Source: a virus
Direction: 5' to 3' (one strand)
Virus record (IMG/VR): IMGVR_UViG_3300045988_088194
DNA length: 64,000 nt
In this document: positions 55,020 through 62,248 of the stretch, in pieces
Position numbering within the stretch: the first letter of the stretch is position 1
Layout of the letters: each line of letters starts with the position of its first letter
Program-made: the position numbers and the translations under genes
The notes under the pieces: model-generated
The model's input: the letters and a program-made list of their open reading frames with translations, nothing else
The model's database searches: none
What the model was told of the DNA's origin: nothing

Positions 55020-57275
55020 TTACTTTTTGCTAAATTTCATCAATCTATCATCATAATTAATCCTGAAGAAAGGGTCATTACCTAAATAATCAGCTGATAC
55101 CTTATCATCATCCCTCTTTATATCTCCCTGATACAGAATTACTTTCTCCTCTCTATACAGCATTACCATACCTAATGCCCTTACCCTATCCACATTTACA
55201 TCTGGATTAAACAGAATAAGCTCCTTAAGGAGAGCCCTATTTCTTATTCTATAGAGATTGAATATGGTAGTCTCAACTTGCTCACCATCTACTTCCTGTA
55301 CAACTGTTATTGGCTTAAGCAACCAATCCCTTATAAGAGTGTTAGCATAGTTGTTAATAGGAGCTGTTGCATTCACTCCTTTTGATTTATTACCCACTCC
55401 TATGACTTTTATAAGGTCCTTATCCTTAAGATATTCAGGAGTATCTGCAAGAAGATATGTGCAGTTCATTCTTGAGAAGTATGCAAATATACCTTTCTTA
55501 TTGTTCTCATAGAGGCACTTTGCATTATAGAACAGACAAAGTTTCCTAACCATCTCAAAGTTCTCATCAGCATGTGTTTTCCTTCCAGTATACTCTGCTA
55601 CTATCTGGTCTGTCCATAGGTCAAGAACAAAGGTTGAAGTGAGAGAAAGTGTAGCTGACTCATCATCATCAACAGGGTCATGACCTATAATATACCTGTC
55701 AGGAAATACCCTACCCTCTCTGTTCTTCTCTGGAAGATTGAATATCTCAAGTGCACCTTCTACCTTATTATCTTTTAGAGGGAAATCTCTGATTGGCAAA
55801 TCAGTAGTAGGACAGAACTCTACTTCTCCCTTGGCATTCTGTATCAGAGTACCTGTGTAGACATCATCAAACTCTCTTGGATTATTATCCAACTGATTAA
55901 GTCTTTCGTTCAGGTCTGTAACTGGAAACAGATTACCCTTTGTCTTAAGGATAGCTTCCTGTGGAGTTATAGGGATTTCAGCAATTCTCTTGGTTATTGA
56001 GTTGATGTCAGTAGAGTTATACTTTACAAGATACCTATCCCTAAGTATCTCAAGAAGAGCCTTTGTTACATCTGAATTTCCATCCTTATCATAACATTCT
56101 GCCCTATTCATATAACCAGGGAAGAAGAAAGTAAATAACTTTCTACCCTGACCCTCCTTATCATAGACATTTGGAAGGTCCTGCATATTATATCCAACAG
56201 GGTTATACATAATCTCCTGAGCTGAAGCAAAGTCAGACTCCTTATCTCCAGCAGTACCATACATGAAGATAAGACCATATATATTCTCTCCATCCTCCAC
56301 TGATGGTCTAAGAGTATTGTAAAGACCAAGAAGTCTTGGAAATGTACCAAACTCCTCTATAAGATAGAGTACACCTCTTGAACCTCTCAACTTAGACTCA
56401 TCATCCTTGGATGTGATGCCTATTACTGAGTTAAGAGTTCCCTTCTTAGTACCACTATCAAGGTCCTGGTAGCCCATAGTCCACTGAAGATTCTGCATGG
56501 TATTGACCAGTCTCTTTGAAGGGAACTGGGTATTCTGAGCACAGAAGTCTATATATCCAGAAAACATGTCAAGTATCTGGTTAGCACCTGACAGATACTT
56601 CTTTTCAGAGGCAGTTACAACACACTGTACTTTCTTGTTTACTTTAATAGATTCACCAAGTATGAACCTTTTTGCAAGAAGTGATGCACCAAAATAACTT
56701 TTTCCTTTGCCTCTTGAAGCTAGTTCAGCAGCATGATGCCCATTTTTTCTGGCTATATTAAGATAATGTGATAAATAATAATGACCCTCCCAGAATTTAG
56801 GAAAGTCTATAACCCTATTAGCTCTTCTTCCTCCTTTTTCATCCTTTCTATCCTGAAGAATAGGACAATAATTGAGGAAAAAATATAGGTCACCAGTTAT
56901 CCATTCACCATCAGAAGGTCTGACATAACCTTCATAGCATCTTCTTATTTCCTCTCTAATCCACTTACCAAACTCAGAATTTGGGTTTGGATTAGGCCTC
57001 AGGTCTGTAAATCTTCCAGTCTCCTTATAATGTATTGCTGTTGGTCTGAAGTAATCACTATCCTCTATTATATGGGGCTTTGTTATATCAATTATAATCT
57101 TGCCTTCTTCATCCCTTGGAAGGTCACAAGCCCTTGGTCTGTTTTCTGAAATCAGACTCCTTATGTATGGGGTGTTATTCACGAAGTCCCAAAATTGGTC
57201 CTGTATCTCTTGGGGTTCATTTTCCAGGTTGAGGAGTTCATAAGGAGTCTGGTATCTATTCCATCTTATATCCAT
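55020..57275 (-). CDS. terL: terminase large subunit
   Basis: Walker A ASRGKGKSYF, Walker B GVLYLIEEFG, coupling motif MYGTAGD, and a C-terminal RNase H-like nuclease Asp cluster IIGHDPVDDD. Size 751 aa. Confidence 0.85.
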   Translation of the reverse strand: MDIRWNRYQTPYELLNLENEPQEIQDQFWDFVNNTPYIRSLISENRPRACDLPRDEEGKIIIDITKPHIIEDSDYFRPTAIHYKETGRFTDLRPNPNPNSEFGKWIREEIRRCYEGYVRPSDGEWITGDLYFFLNYCPILQDRKDEKGGRRANRVIDFPKFWEGHYYLSHYLNIARKNGHHAAELASRGKGKSYFGASLLAKRFILGESIKVNKKVQCVVTASEKKYLSGANQILDMFSGYIDFCAQNTQFPSKRLVNTMQNLQWTMGYQDLDSGTKKGTLNSVIGITSKDDESKLRGSRGVLYLIEEFGTFPRLLGLYNTLRPSVEDGENIYGLIFMYGTAGDKESDFASAQEIMYNPVGYNMQDLPNVYDKEGQGRKLFTFFFPGYMNRAECYDKDGNSDVTKALLEILRDRYLVKYNSTDINSITKRIAEIPITPQEAILKTKGNLFPVTDLNERLNQLDNNPREFDDVYTGTLIQNAKGEVEFCPTTDLPIRDFPLKDNKVEGALEIFNLPEKNREGRVFPDRYIIGHDPVDDDESATLSLTSTFVLDLWTDQIVAEYTGRKTHADENFEMVRKLCLFYNAKCLYENNKKGIFAYFSRMNCTYLLADTPEYLKDKDLIKVIGVGNKSKGVNATAPINNYANTLIRDWLLKPITVVQEVDGEQVETTIFNLYRIRNRALLKELILFNPDVNVDRVRALGMVMLYREEKVILYQGDIKRDDDKVSADYLGNDPFFRINYDDRLMKFSKK

Positions 57276-57567
57276 CTATCACCTCCTTTCCTTCCTCTGA
57301 CATTACCCACTTGAGCACCTCATATGTAAAGAAAGGTTCCATAAGGTCCCATACCTTGGAGTCATCAGTTCCTGATGTATTTATAGACTGTTTTACCTTC
57401 AATACTGAAGTACTCTTTCCTGCAAAATGAAGAAACAGTTCCAATGTAAGTTCCTTATATGCCTTTATCTTCAGTGGTTTGCTGGTCTTTCTTACAATGA
57501 ACCTTATAAATGGATTCTTTGTTCTTTCTATTACCAACCTTGTAAGTGCCCTTATTATCTCTTCCAT
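57256..57567 (-). CDS. hypothetical protein (103 aa)
   Basis: ORF overlapping the terminase start by 20 nt. No motif recognised. Confidence 0.5.
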   Translation of the reverse strand: MEEIIRALTRLVIERTKNPFIRFIVRKTSKPLKIKAYKELTLELFLHFAGKSTSVLKVKQSINTSGTDDSKVWDLMEPFFTYEVLKWVMSEEGKEVIDGYKME

Positions 57568-57582
57568 ATTTAACTTACTAAT

Positions 57583-58149
57583 TTATAAGATTATACCATC
57601 ATCAAAAAGAGTCTTGTTATTACCACCTCTTGCTCTTCCAGCCTCTTCAAGTTCCTTTTGAACCGCCCTTTCAGCTTCGGAAAGAGACTTAGCAAGTTCT
57701 GGAATCTGTTTTATAGCAGAGGTTATGGTATTCACAGGATATACAGGCTTACCCTTATCATCCCTTTCATTAAGGTCTATGTTCCTAAGAAACTCCCTTA
57801 ACTTGTCTATGGCAACTCTTGTATCCTGAAGAAGCAGAGTAGAGGAGGTATTGCATAACTTTGCATAGATGTCCATGGCTTCTTCAAGTTCCTTTGAAGG
57901 TTTGAAGTCTTCTGGAAGACCTTCCTGTATTTTTATCTCCTTTGCCCTTTCCTCTGGGTCAGTTATATACATATATGAACTGATTGGGTCAGTCATAAAA
58001 TAAAGATAACTTATCTGCTGCCAGAACTTCTCCTTAGAAGAAGACCTATCCTGATTGAAAAGTTTCCTTATAGGTCTCACAAGATAGGCTTCATCTGACA
58101 ACTTTAACTGGTAATTGTCATATTCTATTAACTTCATATCTATAACCAA
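57583..58149 (-). CDS. hypothetical protein (188 aa); small-terminase position
   Basis: Helical ORF two genes upstream of terL. No motif recognised, so the TerS idea is positional only. Confidence 0.5.
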   Translation of the reverse strand: MVIDMKLIEYDNYQLKLSDEAYLVRPIRKLFNQDRSSSKEKFWQQISYLYFMTDPISSYMYITDPEERAKEIKIQEGLPEDFKPSKELEEAMDIYAKLCNTSSTLLLQDTRVAIDKLREFLRNIDLNERDDKGKPVYPVNTITSAIKQIPELAKSLSEAERAVQKELEEAGRARGGNNKTLFDDGIIL

Positions 58150-58172
58150 TAAAAGCCAGTCTATGACTGGCT
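58147..58172 (-). terminator. short hairpin + T-run (attenuator/terminator candidate)
   Basis: AGCCAGT / ACTGGCT stem (58154-58172) with a 5-nt loop, followed on the minus strand by TTTTATTGG. Confidence 0.4.
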
Positions 58173-58178
58173 ATATAA

Positions 58179-58625
58179 CTAAGATACTATCTTGCTTGTT
58201 CCTGGGGCATAGATTCCAGCCTTGGCTGCTCTTGATTCTACTGTTTCCTCAGGGGTATCATCTTCATATTCCTCTATGACAAAATCCACATCCTGTGTTT
58301 CAAGGAGCAAATGAGGGACTCCATCAAGTTCTATGATTGGAAGGTTATAGCCAATCACTGGATTGTCCTCAATAACTCCATCCTTTAGAGAGCCTTGTTT
58401 ATGTTTCATCACTGCATATCTTGCAGGATTAATCATAACTATATCTCCTACCTTAAGTCCAGCAGGATTAGAACCTACTGCTACAATCCTTTGATATTCC
58501 TTGACAGAACCTGCCTGCTTCTGTGCTACTACAAGACCACTTTCAGTAGTCTGGTCTTCCTCATATCTATCAAGTGTTGTCACTATTTTAGTAAATAGTG
58601 GTCTAATTTTCTTTATATTAAGCAT
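58179..58625 (-). CDS. GroES/gp31-like co-chaperonin fold candidate (148 aa)
   Basis: IRPLFTKIVTTLDRYEEDQTTESGLVVAQKQ...EYQRIVAVGSNPAGLKVGDIVMIN follows the Cpn10 pattern (i.PL.drvlv...e.e..T.sGi.l......g.VvAvG....vkvGD.V.f). Confidence 0.45.
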   Translation of the reverse strand: MLNIKKIRPLFTKIVTTLDRYEEDQTTESGLVVAQKQAGSVKEYQRIVAVGSNPAGLKVGDIVMINPARYAVMKHKQGSLKDGVIEDNPVIGYNLPIIELDGVPHLLLETQDVDFVIEEYEDDTPEETVESRAAKAGIYAPGTSKIVS

Positions 58626-58893
58626 TACTTCTACTCTTTAAACTATTGAGATACTTAAATCTCCTCTTCATTCCCAAATACCTGTCATAGGTACATATAA
58701 GTTTGCCCAATGATGGAACATTGAAACATGTCCTGAGCTCATTAAATTCCTCTTCAGTAAGGTTTTCCTTTAAAGGTAGTTCTGTGATTGTCTCTCTAAT
58801 GAACTTCCAGAATGTCCTATAGGCTAAAGATACAACCTCTTCAGGTATTCCTGTTTCCTGAGAGACTCTCTCAAATATTGGCTTATAGTTCAT
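58618..58893 (-). CDS. small protein (91 aa), possible HU/IHF-like or DNA-binding
   Basis: MNYKPIFERVSQETGIPEEVVSLAYRTFWKFIRETI resembles the HU N-terminal helices. Weak. Confidence 0.4.
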   Translation of the reverse strand: MNYKPIFERVSQETGIPEEVVSLAYRTFWKFIRETITELPLKENLTEEEFNELRTCFNVPSLGKLICTYDRYLGMKRRFKYLNSLKSRSNA

Positions 58894-59270
58894 TACTTCA
58901 ATGTAAAGTATAACAGCAACTTAAATGAACCAGATTCTTCATCTATATTAGGTATGAATCTTGGATTTATCTTTCCATCCACAATTATCTGATTCTTTCT
59001 AAGTTTACCCATTATCACTTGAAAGTGAGGAAGGGTTATATTGCATTCCTCCCTCACTATTCTTTTGGTATCTTCACTCATCAATACCTTATCAAGTATA
59101 TCTGGGTCTTTAACTACCTTACTTAGTTTATATCTCTGCTTGACAAATGCAGTAGCCACATCCATTTCTCTTGCTGTAAGTCTATGGAATGGCTCAAGAA
59201 ATTCAAACCATTTTCTAAAGAAGGAATCAATATTGCCTGGAACCATTACTACACTGTCAGGCTTCTTCAT
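58893..59270 (-). CDS. hypothetical protein (125 aa)
   Basis: ORF whose stop overlaps the next start. No motif recognised. Confidence 0.5.
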   Translation of the reverse strand: MKKPDSVVMVPGNIDSFFRKWFEFLEPFHRLTAREMDVATAFVKQRYKLSKVVKDPDILDKVLMSEDTKRIVREECNITLPHFQVIMGKLRKNQIIVDGKINPRFIPNIDEESGSFKLLLYFTLK

Positions 59271-59272
59271 AA

Positions 59273-59569
59273 TTATTCCTTTGCTTTAGGCTCAGTAGTA
59301 TCCTCTTCTGGTGTATCTTCAGAAAGAGTCATAAGTGACTCAATCTCTGTTACACACTTACCTACAAATTCATCACTGAACATATGTGAGAACTCCATAA
59401 CCTTGAACAGATAGTTGAGTCTCTCAAACATATTCTTATAGTTGAGGTCATTAAGAGCTCTTCTCAACTGCATATTCTGCTGTTGAAGCTGTCCAGCTAT
59501 GTTCCTAAGTTCCTCATAACTGAGCTGCTTTGGCTGCTCAGGTGTCTGTGTTTTTACTTTCTCTTCCAT
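59273..59569 (-). CDS. hypothetical coiled-coil protein (98 aa)
   Basis: Packed ORF with helical heptad-like sequence. Confidence 0.5.
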   Translation of the reverse strand: MEEKVKTQTPEQPKQLSYEELRNIAGQLQQQNMQLRRALNDLNYKNMFERLNYLFKVMEFSHMFSDEFVGKCVTEIESLMTLSEDTPEEDTTEPKAKE

Positions 59570-59784
59570 TATACTTCTTCTCCTGTTAAAAAATTCCTAC
59601 CATACTTCTGTTCATACATCTTCTCCCAAGTATGTATGTCAGTCTTACCAACTTCAGTACTACCGCATTCATCACAGAAATCAAGATAATCAGCATCTAT
59701 AGAATCATCTACTGACTTAATGTTAAGTGATAGGCAATGCTTGCAGTAAAATACTGGTTCACTATTGAAATCTTGCTCTATCAT
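59569..59784 (-). CDS. zinc-ribbon protein (71 aa)
   Basis: Two CxxC pairs: CKHC...CDEC. Confidence 0.55.
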   Translation of the reverse strand: MIEQDFNSEPVFYCKHCLSLNIKSVDDSIDADYLDFCDECGSTEVGKTDIHTWEKMYEQKYGRNFLTGEEV

Positions 59785-60047
59785 ATTACTCTTTTACCTG
59801 TGATTCTTTCCCAAATTCTCTTCTTCTCAATATTAGCCTCTCTACCCTTAGTATGCTTCTTGTTGTTAAAAGGTCTTTTTGGGAGAATATAACCAAAGCT
59901 GGTTATGTGTCCCTTCTTAAAGGCTCTCTTTACTGACTTAAATCTTTTGACACACTCAAAGTATTGAAGATTAAGTGTGTTTCTAAGCAAGTCCTGAAAC
60001 TTTTCCTCTGAAATAGGAGCAACCTCCTTTACATTCTTCTCTTCCAT
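59781..60047 (-). CDS. small basic protein (88 aa)
   Basis: Packed ORF (ATGA-type overlap). Lys/Arg-rich. Confidence 0.5.
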   Translation of the reverse strand: MEEKNVKEVAPISEEKFQDLLRNTLNLQYFECVKRFKSVKRAFKKGHITSFGYILPKRPFNNKKHTKGREANIEKKRIWERITGKRVI

Positions 60048-60058
60048 TGCCTTGAAAT

Positions 60059-60214
60059 TTAAGCATAATAGGTCAAGATAAACTGACCTCCTTCCTTAAG
60101 GAGAGATACAATAGCATCTCTCTGTATGCCCAGTTCATTAGACTGTTTTACTATCTCCCTGATAGTATCACCATAGATGGCATACATTATTTTAACATTC
60201 TTATCTTCTCCCAT
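60059..60214 (-). CDS. small ORF (51 aa), below the track threshold
   Basis: Hand translation: MGEDKNVKIMYAIYGDTIREIVKQSNELGIQRDAIVSLLKEGGQFILTYYA. Fills the gap between the tRNA array and the next gene. Confidence 0.3.
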   Translation of the reverse strand: MGEDKNVKIMYAIYGDTIREIVKQSNELGIQRDAIVSLLKEGGQFILTYYA

Positions 60215-60233
60215 AGTATTGAATATTAATCAG

Positions 60234-60316
60234 TTGCGGGAGGGGGACTTGAACCCCCGAGGCTAAAGAGCAGGAGCTTATGAGACTCCCCAGATACCAA
60301 CTTCTGACATCCCGCA
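60234..60316 (-). tRNA. class II-like (long variable arm) tRNA with anticodon CAT
   Basis: Hand fold: acceptor TGCGGGA/TCCCGCA, D stem CAG/CTG, anticodon stem GGAGT/GCTCC, loop CTCATAA, 14-nt variable region with GCT/AGC stem, T arm GGGGG-TTCAAGT-CCCCC, discriminator A. Confidence 0.7.
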
Positions 60317-60326
60317 ATATTTATTG

Positions 60327-60398
60327 AGCCTTCTATTGGAATTGAACCAATATCTACTGATTACAAGTCAGTTATAATAACCTTTATACTAAGAAGGC
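60327..60398 (-). tRNA. tRNA-Thr (anticodon TGT)
   Basis: Acceptor GCCTTCT/AGAAGGC, anticodon stem ACTGA/TCAGT, loop CTTGTAA, T arm ATTGG-TTCAATT-CCAAT. Confidence 0.85.
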
Positions 60399-60442
60399 AA
60401 CAACACTCTTATAGTATGCTTATAAGCCTTAAGAGTTTATTG

Positions 60443-60525
60443 TGGGGATAGAGGGACTTGAACCCTCAAGAGACATGCTCATGGGTGTTTAAGACCCACA
60501 TGTTTACCAGTTTCATCATATCCCC
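60443..60525 (-). tRNA. tRNA-Leu (anticodon TAA), class II
   Basis: Acceptor GGGGATA/TATCCCC, anticodon stem TGGGT/ACCCA, loop CTTAAAC, long variable arm, T arm GAGGG-TTCAAGT-CCCTC, discriminator A. Confidence 0.9.
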
Positions 60526-60532
60526 AATCCTT

Positions 60533-60991
60533 TTAATAGCTTCTTGTTGAATCACAAAGTTCAAACAAGTACTTGTACTTCCATATGTTGTGAATGAAAG
60601 TCTCACACTCTGACCTCACTCCTGCATATTCCACTGAATCTGGAATTGATGAGTAGAATTTAAGGGTCAAGTTTTTTACCTCAAGAATGAACTCCATTGC
60701 ATTAAGAGTGTCACTCTCAGTTCCAACTATCTTGTTTGGAGCTATATGACCAAGTATTCCTTGCATCTCTTCTGCAAGAGAATCTTGATAGTCACTTAAA
60801 ATCTCAAGAAACTCATCCAGATATACATGAATATTCCTCTTTGGAGCTGCCCAGTGAAGATTCTTACATTTAGTCTTCCATCCTTCAAGTCTATTTATAA
60901 AACTTATAAAGAATGAGAAGGTATCTGGAGTCACATCTTTTGGTGCCTGACCAGGAGCTGGTATAGGGTCTAAAAGTAAATCTCCTATCAT
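60533..60991 (-). CDS. Dps/ferritin-like four-helix-bundle protein candidate (152 aa)
   Basis: KNLHWAAPKRNIHVYLDEFLEILSDYQDSLAEEMQGILG fits the Dps ferroxidase-region pattern (HW.v.G..F..lH..ldE.y.......D.iAER...lG). Confidence 0.5.
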   Translation of the reverse strand: MIGDLLLDPIPAPGQAPKDVTPDTFSFFISFINRLEGWKTKCKNLHWAAPKRNIHVYLDEFLEILSDYQDSLAEEMQGILGHIAPNKIVGTESDTLNAMEFILEVKNLTLKFYSSIPDSVEYAGVRSECETFIHNIWKYKYLFELCDSTRSY

Positions 60992-60999
60992 TTTCTTTG

Positions 61000-61031
61000 C
61001 AAATATAAGTATTTTATTTTAAACTTCCAAA
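61000..61031 (-). promoter_or_regulatory. Bacteroidota-type promoter candidate inside the tRNA array
   Basis: Minus strand reads TTTG-gaagtttaaaataaaatact-TATATTTG (full consensus). It ends only 8 nt before ATG 60991, implying a very short leader. Confidence 0.6.
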
Positions 61032-61051
61032 TAAAATTGTAAATTTTTTAG

Positions 61052-61125
61052 TGGAGACTGTGGGAGTTGAACCACACTTTTCTGGATTTTCAGTCCAGCA
61101 CATTTACCACTAATGTTAAATCTCC
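61052..61125 (-). tRNA. tRNA-Phe (anticodon GAA)
   Basis: Acceptor GGAGATT/AGTCTCC, D stem ACAT/ATGT, anticodon stem CTGGA/TCCAG, loop CTGAAAA, T arm TGTGG-TTCAACT-CCCAC. Confidence 0.9.
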
Positions 61126-61129
61126 AAAG

Positions 61130-61212
61130 TGGGAGTAAAAGGATTTGAACCTATTCAGTCTGAGACACCAGATTTACAGTCTGGCACACATCACCATCTG
61201 TGCAGTACTCCC
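61130..61212 (-). tRNA. tRNA-Tyr (anticodon GTA), class II
   Basis: Acceptor GGGAGTA/TACTCCC, anticodon stem CCAGA/TCTGG, loop CTGTAAA, 13-nt variable region, T loop TTCAAAT (one T-stem mismatch). Confidence 0.85.
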
Positions 61213-61286
61213 AGTATATATAGTGTTCAAGAAAGTTCTTTTAGAGTAAAAAGGGTTTATCTCTTAAATCAGCTATGGAAGCATAG

Positions 61287-61359
61287 ACTCCAGGGTAAGA
61301 ATTGAACTTACACAAAGTAGTTTTGCGGACTACTGCATTAACCTTTCTGCCACCTGGAG
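61287..61359 (-). tRNA. tRNA-Cys (anticodon GCA) with C at position 33
   Basis: Acceptor CTCCAGG/CCTGGAG, anticodon stem GTAGT/ACTAC, loop CCGCAAA, T arm GTAAG-TTCAATT-CTTAC, discriminator T (Cys-like). Confidence 0.7.
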
Positions 61360-61365
61360 AATCAG

Positions 61366-61438
61366 GGTGTCTTATTGGAGTTGAACCAACATCATCTTGA
61401 GCCACAATCAAGTGCTCTACCATTAAGCTAAAGACACC
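61366..61438 (-). tRNA. tRNA-His (anticodon GTG) with encoded G-1
   Basis: G-1 pairs with C73. Acceptor GTGTCTT/AAGACAC, anticodon stem CTTGA/TCAAG, loop TTGTGGC, T arm GTTGG-TTCAACT-CCAAT. Confidence 0.9.
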
Positions 61439-61440
61439 AG

Positions 61441-61513
61441 TGGGCAAGTAAGGACTTGAACCTTCATTTCCTGGGTATCAGCCAGGTTTCCTAACCAATT
61501 AGAAGACATGCCC
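61441..61513 (-). tRNA. tRNA-Ile (anticodon GAT)
   Basis: Acceptor GGGCATG/CTTGCCC (one mismatch), anticodon stem CCTGG/CCAGG, loop CTGATAC, T loop TTCAAGT. Confidence 0.75.
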
Positions 61514-61519
61514 ATTATG

Positions 61520-61592
61520 CAGATTCTTAAGGACTCAAACCCTAATCAAGGGTTTTGGAGACCCCTATGCTAACTAATTGCACCAAGAACCC
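61520..61592 (-). tRNA. tRNA-Trp (anticodon CCA)
   Basis: Acceptor GGGTTCT/AGAATCT (two G-T pairs), D stem GTGC/GCAT, anticodon stem GGGGT/ACCCT, loop CTCCAAA, T loop TTTGAGT (unusual), discriminator G. Confidence 0.75.
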
Positions 61593-61598
61593 AAGTGG

Positions 61599-61669
61599 CT
61601 GGGGTAGAAGGAATTGAACCTTCATCCACAGATTAACAGTCTGTTGCTTGACCTTCCAGCTATACCCCA
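61599..61669 (-). tRNA. tRNA-Asn (anticodon GTT)
   Basis: Acceptor TGGGGTA/TACCCCA (T1-A72 as in E. coli Asn), anticodon stem ACAGA/TCTGT, loop CTGTTAA, T arm GAAGG-TTCAATT-CCTTC, discriminator G. Confidence 0.85.
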
Positions 61670-61700
61670 GTTTCAACTAAAAAAAAACAAATGAGAAATG

Positions 61701-61772
61701 TGGACTCTTGGGGAATTGAACCCCAACTCTCTGCTTGCAAAGCAGAAGTGCTACCATTATCACTAAGAGCCC
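61701..61772 (-). tRNA. tRNA-Ala (anticodon TGC)
   Basis: Acceptor GGGCTCT/AGAGTCC with the G3-T70 wobble (Ala identity pair), anticodon stem TCTGC/GCAGA, loop TTTGCAA, T arm TGGGG-TTCAATT-CCCCA. Confidence 0.9.
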
Positions 61773-61776
61773 AAAG

Positions 61777-61850
61777 TAGGGAAGAAAGGACTCGAACCTT
61801 CATCTTCTACATCCCAAATGTAGCCAATTAACCAATTATTGTACTTCCCT
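61777..61850 (-). tRNA. tRNA-Pro (anticodon TGG)
   Basis: Acceptor AGGGAAG/CTTCCCT, D stem CAAT/ATTG, anticodon stem CTACA/TGTAG, loop TTTGGGA, T arm GAAGG-TTCGAGT-CCTTT. Confidence 0.85.
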
Positions 61851-61865
61851 ATAACAATCATATTG

Positions 61866-61951
61866 CGGAGAGCAATGTACTTGAAACATATCCCCCTAAG
61901 AGAACCTCATGTTTAGCAGACAGAGCCAGCAACCTTACTGGTTTACTCTCC
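61866..61951 (-). tRNA. tRNA-Ser (anticodon GCT), class II, imperfect
   Basis: Acceptor GGAGAGT/GCTCTCC, discriminator G, loop CTGCTAA, 17-nt variable region, T loop TTCAAGT. It has an anticodon-stem mismatch and an extra nucleotide before the D stem. Confidence 0.65.
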
Positions 61952-61968
61952 TTTATATCTCTATTATG

Positions 61969-62053
61969 CGGAAGAGTGAGGTCCTGCCCCCCATACCCCT
62001 CAGAGTACCCTTTGTTTTCAAGACAAGGCTGAGTCTCACTCAGTTACCCTTCC
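61969..62053 (-). tRNA. tRNA-Ser-like (anticodon TGA), class II, non-canonical D and T loops
   Basis: Acceptor GGAAGGG/CTCTTCC, discriminator G, loop CTTGAAA, variable-arm stem TACTC/GGGTA. However, the T loop reads GGCAGGA (no TTC) and the D loop lacks GG. Confidence 0.5.
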
Positions 62054-62059
62054 AATATG

Positions 62060-62133
62060 CAGGCTATATGGGATTTGAACCCATCTTCTCCACTGTGACA
62101 GAGTGGCATCTTCACCAAGCAGACCCATAGCCT
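62060..62133 (-). tRNA. tRNA-Asp (anticodon GTC)
   Basis: Acceptor AGGCTAT/ATAGCCT, anticodon stem CCACT/AGTGG, loop CTGTCAC, T arm ATGGG-TTCAAAT-CCCAT, discriminator G. Position 8 is G. Confidence 0.8.
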
Positions 62134-62137
62134 ATGA

Positions 62138-62210
62138 TACTCTCAATAGGACTTGAACCTAACATTTCTGCCTTGAAAGGGCAGCATCCTAACCTTTAGA
62201 TGATGAGAGT
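62138..62210 (-). tRNA. tRNA-Glu (anticodon TTC)
   Basis: Acceptor ACTCTCA/TGAGAGT, D stem ATCT/GGAT, anticodon stem CTGCC/GGCAG, loop CTTTCAA, T loop TTCAAGT. Confidence 0.8.
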
Positions 62211-62248
62211 ATAATAGTTGGTATTTCACAACTACCTTAATTAGTTTG

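Noticed and set aside
61213-61286. A tRNA-sized (74-nt) spacer between tRNA-Cys and tRNA-Tyr, considered as an 18th tRNA or a pseudogene.
   Set aside because: No complementary acceptor ends, T arm or anticodon arm could be drawn. Only a short hairpin (CTATG-CTTC-CATAG) and an imperfect AGAG...CTCT stem are present. It may be a processing spacer.
61241-62130. Track ORFs 61241-61447 (minus strand) and 61909-62130 (plus strand).
   Set aside because: Both are fully covered by tRNA genes (Cys/His and Ser/Ser/Asp), so they are chance open frames.
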